Shown here: piece after piece, positions 1 to 19,700 of the stretch
Layout of the letters: every line of letters starts with the position of its first letter
How positions within the stretch are numbered: the stretch's first letter is position 1
Source: the human T2T-CHM13v2.0 reference genome, Homo sapiens
NCBI RefSeq assembly: GCF_009914755.1
Contig: NC_060941.1
Direction: 5' to 3' (one strand)
Length of the DNA: 64,000 nucleotides
The notes under the pieces: generated by a model
The model's database searches: none
Seen by the model: the letters and a program-made list of their open reading frames with translations, nothing else
Told to the model about the DNA's origin: nothing
Translations under genes and position numbers: made by a program

Positions 1-696
<696 letters not shown>

Positions 697-894
697 GTAC
701 AAACTCTTGCCATTTATGCAGGGCAAAAGCCCTGCTCTACACAATTATAACAGGCATAATTTGTTATTACTTGATCAATGGAATTTTTTGATAGGCAACA
801 TTTTTCAAAACATTGGGCTCATGAAGAAATAATAAAAGAAATGCTAGGTGATGAAAATAATGGAAACGACTTGCTTAGATAAATGAAGCAATAT

Positions 895-1275
<381 letters not shown>

Positions 1276-1742
1276 TCAGACTGATGAGGAGAAACTCTCA
1301 GACTGATGAGGGCTTCATGCTTAGAGGTTTCCAGTGAATGCAAATGAAATGCTCTAGCTTGGCAGTGGAAAGGAGCAACGCGTCTGCCGGATCCAGGACA
1401 GACGGGCAAGGTGTGAATCTGAGTGCTTACTCGCTGCTGTTTACCATGGTGGTCCTAAGTTTCAGCACATGCCCTCTCAATTTATTATGAATACATGTAT
1501 AATTAATCAGACTTTTAGCTAAAGTCAGTCCACATCCATGATTGATCAGGGTGTGTTGCAGCTAACCCTCAATGCTTGCTGGTTGCTAATTAATGGAAGA
1601 ATTTCTGGTGGCATCAAATCTTGGGGCAGGAGATCATCCAAAACTATTCCCCATTTGGTTTACACAGGTATTCTGGGATGATTCATTCAAATATTTCAAA
1701 TATTCATTTGACTTTTTAATAATTTGCTATGTAAAAATATAA

Positions 1743-2582
<840 letters not shown>

Positions 2583-2589
2583 TGTGCTG

Positions 2590-3260
2590 TTTTAAGAATG
2601 ATAAAACAAGCACTGTGTAGTTGCTACATGGATTAAGAACTAGAACATCCTCAATATCTCTTTTTTTTTCTCAATATCTTTGAAGTGCCTTCTGTGCCCC
2701 TCTGCAATCAGCCCTGTGCTACTTCCCCAGAATGAACCACACTCTGGAATTTTGTTCATCATTCTTTTTACTTTTGTTAAAGTGTTACCTTTTCTGAATG
2801 TATACCTAAACAATACATTGTTTAGTTTTGGATATTTTGGAACTTATGTAAACAAAACCATAATGTGTCTGTTCCTCAGTTCTAGGTTTTGTTTTGCTTT
2901 TTACCTTAAATAATTTTTTTAAGAGATGGAGACTTCTTATGTTGCCCAGGCTGGATTCAAATTCCTGGGCTCAAGCAACCCTCCCTCCTCAGCCTCCTGA
3001 GTAATTGGGACTAATGGTGCGCACCTTTGCTTCCCAGGTTTTTTAGATTAACGCTGTGAGACTCATCCATCTTGGCTTGTGTTGGTGAAGTTCATTCATT
3101 GACACCGCTTATTAGTACTTCACTGAATGAGTATACCAGGCATTATTATCTGTTCTCCTATTGATAAACTTTAGTATGGTTTCTAGTTTTGCTATTATAA
3201 GCAATGCTGCTGTGGATATGCTTGTACAACATGTCTCTGGGCACGGATTTCTGCAGGTAA
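2590..3260 (-). mobile_element. Old L1M 3'-end fragments split by an Alu monomer (about 2915-3040)
   Basis: Resembles antisense L1ME 3'UTR motifs (ttcattcatt...tgctattataagcaatgctgctgtg). Confidence 0.6.
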
Positions 3261-3469
3261 TTTCTAGTCTTTTATGCACATGTAGTTAAATTTTTTTTAA
3301 AAAGGTTCCAATCATATGAACTATATGAACACAAATACTGTTTTGTGTTCATTTTCTGTAAACTTTTTCTCAAATTTCTCTAAACCCTTTGGAATGTAAT
3401 ATTTCAAGTGGTTATGCTAGAAGTTATTTGAATATTCCTCTTTTAATATTTATATTGTTAAAACTTTTC

Positions 3470-4092
<623 letters not shown>

Positions 4093-4114
4093 ATGAGCCA
4101 CCTTGCCCAGCTGA

Positions 4115-5100
<986 letters not shown>

Positions 5101-6319
5101 TGGATTTTTTTGTAGAGAGGTTACTCAATAGTGCAATTTCTAAGTGAAAGAGAAATTAATTTTTAAAGGTTCTTGTTGCCTTAAAATTGTCCTCCCACAC
5201 AGCCATATGGAATGTTTATTTCACTATATTCTTGCTAGTAATGAGTATTATAAATATATTTAAAAACACGCAACCTTACTATTTTCATGAACTGCTTAGT
5301 TTTTGTTTTAATTTAGCCTGCTATAAAAATTGGTTTGCTTTCTCCTTGGGTGTTCATAGCTGTATTGACAGGTAGGACATTAGGTGAACATCTGCTCTGG
5401 CTGAGGGGCTATAACAGACGACCTGGGGACCAATGAGAAGGGCTGTCTTGGGGTAACGTTTTTGCTTTGGATGATATACAAAATAAGAAATCTTTATGTA
5501 TGTAGTTAGTGGGGTGCTAGTTACATTCCCAGAAGGAAGAACCTAAGAGAGCTCTTGGCAGTAGGTGTATGTGGGTTACCTCCTTAAGACTGTCATCCTG
5601 GCTGTGGGGCACTAGAGGATATCAGAATGGCAAAGGGCTCTGTAATTAATTCTGATGGTGGCTGTGATTGCCTGAAGCCCTCAGTTGAGAATTCTGAGCC
5701 GGTGTGACCAGACACAGAGGAAAGCGGTTGCTGACCTTGGGTACAGAACTGCCATGGGCACAAAACTGTCATGGGAACAGAACCAGGGAGCAACAAGCTC
5801 AAGCTCAGAAATGCCCCTTGGTTGCTATTTTTGATATAGACCAATTATCCTTTTAAATGACTACATTTATCTGTATTTCATCTGATTGTGTTGTATTTAT
5901 TTAAAAGAAAAAGGCGCTTACAGGCTGAAAACAGCATCTTATCTGATCACAATGATCACATCTTCTCAGATAGTATCAAATATACTTATTCAGTAGATTT
6001 TTACTGTCAGCACTGTTAGACACCCTGGGTGATACAGAGGCTTTGCCCTCAAGGATTTGGTCATAAAATGCTAATTACAAATTTAGTTATAAGCAAAGTA
6101 GGACATGGAAAAATGACACAAAAATGTCAAAGTGTCTGATGAATGTTCAGCCAATAAAAACTGGGAATACTGGAGCGGAGTTGTTCTGGGAACTGAATCA
6201 TCCTGAGGTTCTCCTAAAAAATGTAACAAGTTTCCCCTTTTGGTGTATAAAATAATTCAAGCATCTCTGCATCCTTCCCTTTCACTAGAAGTAAGTTTGA
6301 ATGAGAACAAGTTAGTGAT

Positions 6320-6625
6320 AGTGGGAGAGGGAGAAGAAAAAGGACAGAAAGTTTGGTTAGGTATATTGATTTAAGAGAAGGAACAAATCAGTTGAGGGGC
6401 AGAGGAGCAGGAGAATAATAAAAGGGTAAAGAGAAGCAACAAAGAAAAAGAAAAATTGAAAAGAGGGTAAAGGTAAAGGGGGAGGAGGAAAGGAACTGAC
6501 AGTGTCCGGAGCGGGAAGAAAAATGGAGGAACAAAAGGAGAGGGGGAGGAAGAGAGAGGGGAGGGGCAGGGGCAGGGGGAGGGGCAGGGAGGAAGAGGAA
6601 GGTAGGAAAAAAGATGGGTCAGGAA
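6320..6625 (+). repeat. Purine-rich (GA) low-complexity tract
   Basis: Almost all A/G, with multiple G runs at 6540-6600. Confidence 0.85.
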
Positions 6626-9600
6626 CCTCATTTTAAAGCAATTTAGAAATAACTCTGAATTCTTTCCCTATACACTTTATAAACACATTTTAGAAATGAA
6701 AAGAAAATTATAAGAATGTACTCAATAATTTATTATATAAATGCTCACCAAATATTTTCAGATTGTGTTTAAGAGTGGAAATTAAGTTGTGTTGATAATA
6801 ATTCTTTAAAAAAAAAAAGGTGGAGGTGTTTATAGGAGAGTTGGGTGAACCAAAATTCTCTCTAGATTGTTAACTCATGAAAATTAGGAGTCACTTTTAG
6901 AATTGTGTCTCAGTTTAGTCAAACAACCATTTAAAACAAAAATGCCATACTATTAGGCTGAGTCTCTTTTCTTTGTAAATCTGGTTTGTACATGAAGACA
7001 GATTGAACTGTTTTAAATTAATTTTTTGGTGATGAAATACTAGTGAAATAATATTTCTTAATTTTTAAAATTTAAAACAACAAAAAACCCCAACATAGCA
7101 GCATTATCCCTAGTAACTGAAATATTTGTGGCAGCTCCTGAAAAAAAATCCTAAACAGGATAGTCAGTTAATCTCATCATTAGGGGTAAAATTTTTAGAA
7201 AAGCAAACGAAAATAATTTGCTGAGTTAAAAAATTCTTTTAGTCTTAAAATGTATAGATGTTGTGTAGCTAAAATGGAAACTTCATGAAGTTTGACATGT
7301 AACTGATTAATTTCGAATTAAAATAATTTAAATATTTAGAAGATATGTTGATTTCAAGTACAAAATTGTCTCATTACTGTTTCCACCTTAATATTTATAT
7401 ATGGATTCCTTCTCTTTTGTTGCTTTTTACAATTTATTTTGAAAAATAACATTTTTTCCTTGTCTTTTCTTGAATTATACAATCCCCCCCCAAATCAATC
7501 AGTGATCTATTTTGTGTTTTGTGCTGTAGGAACTAAACAAGATCGTACATTATCTTTTGATCAAATGACTTTGGAATAAAAAAAATTACAAAAGGTAATA
7601 AGAATGTAATGTGAAGCATGTTATTGACCATTTCTTCTACATGTATTAATAGAGGTTGGGTGGAGTAGTTTACTAACAAAATGAATTTGAAAACATCTAT
7701 TTTTAAAGTTAATAAAATAAATGATCCCCTCCTTACCTAAAAGTTTCTACATTGTAAACCTGAACCAAAACAAAAAATTGAGAGGTTTTGTCAAACACAC
7801 TGTGTGACCCACAGAAAAACAAACGATTGTCCTTAAAGTTCTTTTTTCCCCTTGAGCCTCTTCTATCTCTGGAATAAATACATTTCTTTCTCAGGTCTTA
7901 AACACTGAACACTTTTGAATGAACGATAATTTGAAGGAGAAAAATTTCCTTTTCTGCTTACAGTTTGCTTACATTTTATGAGATATCCTAAACACATACT
8001 TATCCTTATTTATTTGACAGGAGAAAAAGCTGCATGTGCTTTTAAACTGGAACTAATTTACACTTTCTTAAAGTTTATAGGCATTTAAAAGAACCACACT
8101 AAGACTTTAAGTTGCAGGAAGAAACAAAACATCCTAAAGTAGTAACAGTAAAAAAACAAGCAAGCAACAACAAAAGTAAATAAATAAAATAAAAACCAAC
8201 CAAACAAAAAACAAATTCCTCTAAAAACTTTGAGGTTAAAGCAGCAATATATCAGGAAATGTGAGCTTTCCTTTTTCTGTATTTTATAGCAACCGTAATT
8301 TTATTCCAAAATTGATGGATTCATTAGAAAATAAATTGTATTTTAATGTATTTCCCTCCTAGCTGCTTTCCATTTGTTTTGTTCTTTCTTTTGTAAAACA
8401 TGCTACACTTTAAAAATAGAAGAGTCAGTAAGTGTTAGATTTAAAATGCAATATATATTCTGGGGATTTATGCAAAGGAGCTAACCCCAAAAAGGAAAAA
8501 TTTATATTCACCAGAATATCTGTTCAGCACTGTTTACAAAAGTAAAAAATTTGATGAAATGTATATCTAAATATTATGATTAATAATTTACACATATAAC
8601 TGGACTGAATTAAAATGATAGTTATGAAAACTTGGAGGCAGCCTGGGGAAATATTTATGGTACAAATGCAAGTGAAAAATTAAGATATAAAAATGATAAA
8701 TTTTAAACCATTATAAATGGACAAATGCTGAAAAATAAACATTTACAAGTAAAATTAATTTTCTATGACAAGTGAAATTATTGATTTTTAATTTTTCTAT
8801 TTTTTCTTTTTTCATTTTTTTAAACTTTTTTCTTTCCTTTTTGTCTTTCCTTTTTTTAACTTGGCTTATTTCTCCAAGAAAAATATTCTTTTATTTTCAT
8901 CTTTAAAAAAGTTGGTTTATTCTCTCAAACTTTTTTTTTCCTCTCTGCATGTATTTGTATATTCACATTGGAGGAAAATGGATTATTATCCTATCTTTAA
9001 AATGGAGTCAAATGTCAGTGTTTCTGAATTCAGATAATTAAATTCCATAACTAGACTAAACTGTTCTCCAGGAAAAAATAAAGAAGAGGAGGAAGAGGAG
9101 GAGAACAAGAAGAGGAAGAGGTATAACAGTATTAATATTACTATGTAGAATATACAATATATATTATATACGATATGTATTATAAAGGATAATTATTAAA
9201 GAAAAAACCATTTAATCCTGTAGCTATATTTTTAACTCTTACACAAGTGTAACTCTGCACTAAAGATTTATCTGTCCCAAAGAAGCAATGTAGAAAAAAA
9301 ATTGAAAATAAATACAATATTTGATAGTAATCTTTAATGTTAACAAAAACAAAGAAAAGAAAGATGAAAAGTTATGGTACCTCAAGTCTGCCCATTTTTA
9401 TCCCTAACCTAGGAATGTCAGTCTAGATAAGAAATAACCCTTAATGTGAGTGCTGGGCTCATTCAGAAGGGAGAGATGAAACACCAATCAATGTGATTTA
9501 GTTCCCCCAACCCCAGCCTAAAATAGCCAGGTCACTAAGGCAAAACTGATTTGGGGGCTAAAAAGATCTGTATCTCACCCCTGTTGTCTCCTCTCTTGTA

Positions 9601-10799
9601 TTCTTGCAGCCTTTGCAGCTTCTGACTATACACACATAAGCCTTTTTTTGGGGGGTGGAGAGGATTAGAATTCAGTAAAACAGCTGATTTTTTAAAAAGA
9701 ACTAATCAGTTTCAATTTAGCAATTATTGGTAATTTTTAATTAAATATTTAAAAGGATTTAAAAATAGCAGATTGTTCAAGTGAAATTTATATATTCTCT
9801 TCTAACGTTATCTTAAATACATTAAAACTGATTTCAGCTAACATTTAGTTAGTATATTTTTACATGGAAAAAAATCAACCTGAAAGTGAACTGAATTCAC
9901 TGATTATTTTTAAAAATGTTGTTTCCCATTGACTCTAGGATAGTAAAAAGTGGACTGCATTTTATAGGAGTTTAGAGGTCTGGATGGAGATTTTTATGGG
10001 GTGTAACTTGCTTTTGTTTTAGGCATACAGAGGCAGAGTAGTGGATATGTCCCCCAGGGAGACAATCTGAGAAGTGCTTTTATTAGCACCTAAAGATTCA
10101 AATTAAATGAAAGAAACAGCACTTAAAGTTTCTGGGAACTGGGATGATCTGCCTAGTTGCCCTCCTCCTTGTTCCCCAATATAACAGAAAAGATTTAAGG
10201 AGATTGGGGCTCCTCTTTAGGAAAAGGCCAAGAAATACAACAGGCTTTTTGAGACCATCTTTTAGCCCTTTCAAAAGTCTACACACATCACCAAGAAAAG
10301 TTCCCGGGCAACAGAGCCACACGTTCTGGCCAAGATAATTTTTTCCCCCCTGGACTCTAATTTTCATCAATTCTCTTTGCTGTGCTGTTTGTATTAGCTT
10401 GTTTTTCATTTAAAAAAATGTTTATTGAGTGCCTACTATGTGGCATGCCTGTTTCCTACTCATTGGTTTGTTTAAAAATAATGCTTGTGACCAACAGCTA
10501 AGTATTAAGAGTCAGATAAGGGGGGAGGGTCGGAGGTGTGTGTGTGGGGGTGAGACACAGATGTCTCCCACCTTCTTGGACAGAAAATATTCTCTTTCTA
10601 CTCAACAACAAATAGCTCCTAGTACTTTAATTCTTGTTGTTCCATGGGAAAAAAAAATCACAAAAACAAAAATCCGACAAACACGTGGCTGGGTAGAACA
10701 AAACGCTCATTGGGGAGGGTGGGCTCTAAGGTGGTGGAGGAGATAGAGAAACCGAGTTGGAAGCCCTCCCCCGCCCCTAAGTCCCAGCCCCATTTCTTT

Positions 10800-14200
<3,401 letters not shown>

Positions 14201-14453
14201 AGAGCGATCCACTCAACAAGCCTCAGTGATTTAATAAAGCAAAAATTAAAAAATGAATAATAACGAATTTACAGACTCCACCATTCCTAGAGCAACCTTT
14301 TTCCCATCTGGATGCGGAAGCCACTGCCTGGATTCCTAGGAAGATCTCGAATCCCAGTAACTCCTGAATTATCCTAGTGTCTTTTCCCCTTCCTCTTCCC
14401 ACCCCCAACCCCTGTTCAAGCTCTCATGGTAATTTTTTTTTTTTAATCTTTAG

Positions 14454-14514
14454 GGAAAGTAGAATTACAAGGAAAACGCTTAGAGATTGAACATTCGGTG
14501 CCCAAAAAACAAAG
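14454..14514 (+). CDS. IGF2BP1: IGF2BP1 exon 2 (GKVELQGKRLEIEHSVPKKQR)
   Basis: T-rich tract + tag| acceptor; AAG|gtagga donor; 61 nt, phase fits. Confidence 0.98.
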
Positions 14515-15268
14515 GTAGGAAAGAGCTCTTTTCTGGGGGGGTGGGGGGGCCGCGGGGGTGTGCTGTGAAGCTGTGTTCAGGGGTCCATAGCGTCTCCAGT
14601 GGAAGAAACCCATTACTGGTCTTTCCCACCCCCAACTCCGGATGTTGGGGGCAGGGAGGGAAGATTGGCCAAGATCTTGTAATGGGTGGTTTACAGCTTG
14701 TAAAAAAAAAAATAAATAAGTTGGGGCTGGGGTAGGCTAAAAGATGTTACTTGCAGAATTAAAGGGGAAAGAAAATCAATAGGGGAGAAACCTTGTGGAG
14801 TTTGTTTGTTCAACTCGTGGGGCCGTTTTTTGTGGGGGAACCTTAAAATCTTTGAAGAGTTCAGACTCATGGCGATTTCTGCAACTTCGTAGCAGGCCTC
14901 ATTTTCTGTTTTTCCCACTCTTTCCACACCATAATTCTTAAGTGGATTGCCCTTCTCCCGAAGCGATGTGGAATGAGTTTCCCGGCCCCCAAAGAATCCC
15001 CTTATGCTTGTACTTTATTTATATTTCTACAACAGGCAAAGACTTTTTATTTTCCATGGACCCCCCACCCCCAATCCCTCATATCTCACATCATCCCTCT
15101 CCCCAGCTGGATTTTCCAAAGAATATGCCTTGGCTGTACTATCCTTTTCGAGCCCCCCTACCCCCACTCCTTCAGCCCATTGTTACCAGGGGACCATCTG
15201 GGGTGAGAGCTTTGTGTTGAGGCTGTGAGCTGGGGCTCTTTGGAGGGTCTAGAACTCCGTGGATGAAT

Positions 15269-15269
<1 letters not shown>

Positions 15270-15310
<41 letters not shown>
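15270..15310 (+). repeat. (GT)n microsatellite
   Basis: About 20 uninterrupted TG units. Confidence 0.98.
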
Positions 15311-15312
<2 letters not shown>

Positions 15313-18300
15313 CGTGTGTGTTCCAATACCCTCTATCCTCTCTCTTCAGCAAAATGGGGTACCTCCATCATACTTACCGAGAATTCATGGTGGATTTCAA
15401 ATCTTGCATTGAACTCTGAAACCTTTCCTTGAACTCTGGCTGGGAAGTATAAGGGCAGAGTCTTTCTACTTTCTCAAATCAGACTTTAAACATGTTGACA
15501 GTGTAGAGTTTGCTCTCATGTCCCAAGCTGGAAAGCAGCCCCCAGTAAATCTTTGATCTTCCTCACCCCCCATTTCAGCTGAAAACTTGGTACATTTCAG
15601 GATAGTCTCTGGCCTTTTCCGGGTAGATGGGAGATGATGACTGCTTTTTCTGGGGGACCATTAAGAGGGCCTAGAAAGTTTAATGTGAGATAAAAATCTG
15701 TTCAGTTGCTTAGCTTGATATTTAAGTAACTTGGAACTATTGTGTCTATAGATCAATATGGCTTGTTACTATGTTTATAGAGCTTGCGATTTAACTTCAC
15801 ATGTTTGAAATACCGTGTTATTGGAAAGGCAATTAGAGTTAGGAGTAAAGAGGCAATAAAATGGGAAGGAAGAAAAGAAGTCTTATTTGTTATTTTGAAA
15901 CATTTTCTGGAGATGTGTCTAAGGAACATACACTGACACCAGCAGGTTTATTGAAAAGGATATGGATATTTGAACTGAAAGCTGAGTGTTGATGAAAAAT
16001 ATCCAGAATAAGTGGAATTCTAAAATATGTGGATTTTTTCTTTTGCTCTTGAGGATGGTTTAAATTTTAGGGAATAAAGTGAAAAGCAAGAGAAATAGCA
16101 AAACGTGATGAAATGGAACTCAAAACATTTATATTTTAATTTTCATGGTGCCCTGTATTTATGAATCTTTTTCCCCAAGCCATCTGCTTGCTTTTAAGTC
16201 ATTTCTAGGCCCTTTTTCCCTCCAAAATGCATTACTGAGGGCTCTTTTTTGAGTTGGAATGGAGAGGGGGTTTGTGAGAAGACTGGGTAAAAAAAAAAAA
16301 TCTGTCCACACCCATATTAAATTAGATCTTTTATGTGTTCTCCCCTTCCTGAAATAATTTTTTTAGCCCAAACATTGAGTCAGTTGTGTTTTCTTTGCTT
16401 TTTATTTTGGTTGGTGGTGAGAAGGCACTTCATTTTTCTAGAATGAATCAATTTTTGAAGTCTCAAGATTTAAAAAAGAAAGTTTGTTTTCATTAAGTCA
16501 GTTTGCTCTATCATTTTGTGTCTTTGAGGAAGTATGTTGTGGTATGTGTCTTTAGTCTGTGTCTGAAAAGTATTTCGTCAGTTAGGTTTGTTACTGACTT
16601 TCCATCTCATGGATGTATAGAACAGGAACTAGTTAATTATGACTAATATATTCTAAGCAAAATGAACAACTATACAAATAATATTTTGTGTATATATACT
16701 CTTGTATTTTCCTTATGAACTCTTCTTGAGGCATTCAGTTCCAAATGAACTATGATTTCAATTTCTAAAATAATTCATAAAAACCCAACAACTAAATGTT
16801 CCTGGTTGTTTTGTTTTGTTTTTTAAGAGGGGGAAATCAAACAAAAGATATGCTGTAGCAATACCTCTTAATGTATTTTGTTCTTAGTTTGAATTTATTT
16901 GATACATATAATTTGTACCTTTTTAAGAACTCAAGAGGCCGAACACTATGCATTTCAACTGAAAACAGCAGTTAGCTTGAATTTTTAAAATGAGGTGATA
17001 CTAATTTCTTAGAGATCACCATCTCAAACCCCCTTAGTGTTGGAATTTGGTTAACAATTTGTGCTTTTTTGTTGAGAATTTGTATATGTTCACTGCCAGA
17101 TACTGAGACAAAAGAGAAAAACCAAATGCATTTAAAAACAGTTGTGGAAAGGGCTTGTATATGTTTTATTCTGAGAGACTTAGGAGTAGTTGAGGTAAAG
17201 GGGGTACCATTTTAGTGTGACTTGATTACTTTGAGACATGATTTGCTTTTTAAGGGAATTAAACCTTTGTTACACTTGCCACTGTGGTGTGCCTTTTTCT
17301 AGAGGAATGTGACCTAAAGATAGCATATTCACTGTCAACTGGTGTCATCAAAATAAAAGGTGTTACTGTTAATTAAGAAAAAAATGAAAGAGATGCACTG
17401 ACTCATTTTTTTTAAAGGTGAAATGTGTTCACATTAAAGAATTCTAAGTTTGGTGATTTCTTTAGGCAGATTAATGGTCCTTTTCCTCTATGTTGACTAA
17501 AAATGAGGTGGGCTAACTCCCTTAAGTACCTATTAAACAAAATTAGTTTTATAAATCGTTCATAAAATTGAGAACTCCCAAAAGAAAGTGTCCAAATTTT
17601 ACAGTTTAATTTTTTGAAGTTAACAGCTTTAAAAATCTGTGAAGGGATGTCTTATAAATGGCAAAAAATATTTTAAATATATTTTAACAATGATTTGTTG
17701 AGGCTCTGAAGAAATCACTTGGATCACTAAATGTTTTCAAAACAACCTAAAAATTGTCTTCAGAAATGGATTTGCACTTAAGGAAAAAAGAAAACCTACC
17801 TTGTACTTTGGGGCTGAAAATGAATGAAGAGGGGTTAAAAAGGGAATGAAAACTACTAGAGCGGGAGGGTTTTCAGGCACTTTTACTTTAATGGTTGTAA
17901 TTATGAATTAGTATCCAAGTCAAAAAGAAAGTTTTTAACTCATACGAGGTAAAAGATAACATGTGACTACTATTCAACATGGAAGTTTAAAGTAGAAACA
18001 ATTGATTACTCTTTTAAAAAGGTTTTCTTATTAATATTAGGTTAGAATTTTTTTTTTTTTTTTGCTTTACATAAGTGAAAAAAATGGTTGAATGTTAAGT
18101 TTTTGTGCACTGTTTGGAGGAAAGGTGGAAACTGGGGTACATTCTTTCCCTATTTTAATTTCCACCTAAAAATTAAACTTTGCAAATTCATAAATTAGTT
18201 TCCTTCACTGCTGGTAGAAATCCTTAACTGTTCTCATTTGGGTGGTCAGTATTTCAAGATGAGAGTTTTGTAAGGGCAGTGGCAACTGACTGTCCCTTAG

Positions 18301-19059
18301 AAGAATTGTAGGTTTCTAGAACCCCTTATTTTCTGACCCAAATTAAAAAGATGAAATTTTACCATAATGGTTTCTCAGATGGAGAACTTTTTAGTAAAAA
18401 GGGGGAAGAACTGCAAGTCCCATCACTAATTTATTCAAAGTATTGTTAATTGTTGAAAAGGTAAAGTTTTAATGGCACAGCTTTTGGTGGAAAAAAACAT
18501 AATTATGTTTCAGAGATTAAATACATGACATTAGCAATTGGAAGAACCTTGATTCAAAGGTTCTGAGCTTCTAATCTTTTAAAATTACCTTAATATGTAT
18601 CATTTTAATCTATGTGTGTGGGTACTTTTAAGGCTTACTTTTTAAGAGTGTATTTATACTATACTTTAATGTGTAGCAGCCAGTTGACAAAGATACTATT
18701 GAGGTAGTCTACTGAGTATACAATTTTAAAACATTTTAAAATTCAGATCTGGTTTAGTTGAGTGAGAAGTGGGGAACAGCAAGTGCTATTTGTTGAAGTT
18801 TAAAGGTTTTGTGAAGAGTTATTTAGTGGTTAGATCTGTTGATTTTTGTGTGTGGGGTGGTAGTGGTGGTGATGGGGTTGTTAGAATAAGTTTATGAACC
18901 AAAGGCATTTGAAGAACGGACATTTTCCCAGCTGTTAGAATTTAAAATAAGTGTGGTTCGTTCCCTATCCTCTTAAAAGATTCTTGAAATGTGGCTAATG
19001 TTTTCCAGAAAGTGCAGCTTAGAATTTGGGATGGGAGTGTTAGGGAGAGAAAAGGGGAG

Positions 19060-19700
19060 GAAAAAAGCAGCAGGGGGAGACTGGAGAAATCAGACGAGTT
19101 AGTCCCGGCTTGGAAATTCCAGACGGGGAGGGGGGAGGGAGAGAGGGAGGGAGGGGAGATACGGGGTTGGGTGGATTTCCCGCTTCCCTTTTAAAGGGGA
19201 GCGGCTGGAGTCTCACAGTGTTACCCACGGGAGAGGGGTCGGAGACGGGTGGTAGACTCAGCTCAGGGCAAGGCTATATTTGCTTTTGGAGTTGCCGGCC
19301 TTCCCTTCCCCTTTCAAAAAAGAGAGAGAGTAGAGAGAGAGAAAGTGGCGGCGGCGCTGCAGGCTCTTCCTGGAGCGCTCGCCCCGGCCCGGCGGCCCTA
19401 ACCTTCCCCGCCCGCCCCCGCGCCAGTCCCAGCCCGGCAATGTCGTCTCGCTCTGAGGTGGGGCCGCCCGCCTGCCTTCTCTTAACAAGCCCCTGACAGA
19501 GAACATCCGCTGGCCTGGGTCTCCGAGGAGGACTTCCCCTCTCAGATCCCTGAGACCCCAGGAGATCCCAGGCCGCTTGTGGTGCGCCTTAGTCCTGGGA
19601 ACCCCAGATCGCAAACCTCGCAGCAGATACCCCACGAGAGGGTTCCCCCTCACCGGCTGCGGGCTGCGGGCTGCAGACCCTTTCCAGCACCTGGGCTGCC
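19060..19700. promoter_or_regulatory. Small intronic CpG-rich element (candidate enhancer or alternative promoter)
   Basis: Abrupt GC/CpG-rich patch inside AT-rich intron 2, with GC boxes and a CTCF-like GCAGCAGGGGGAGAC at about 19067. Confidence 0.55.
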
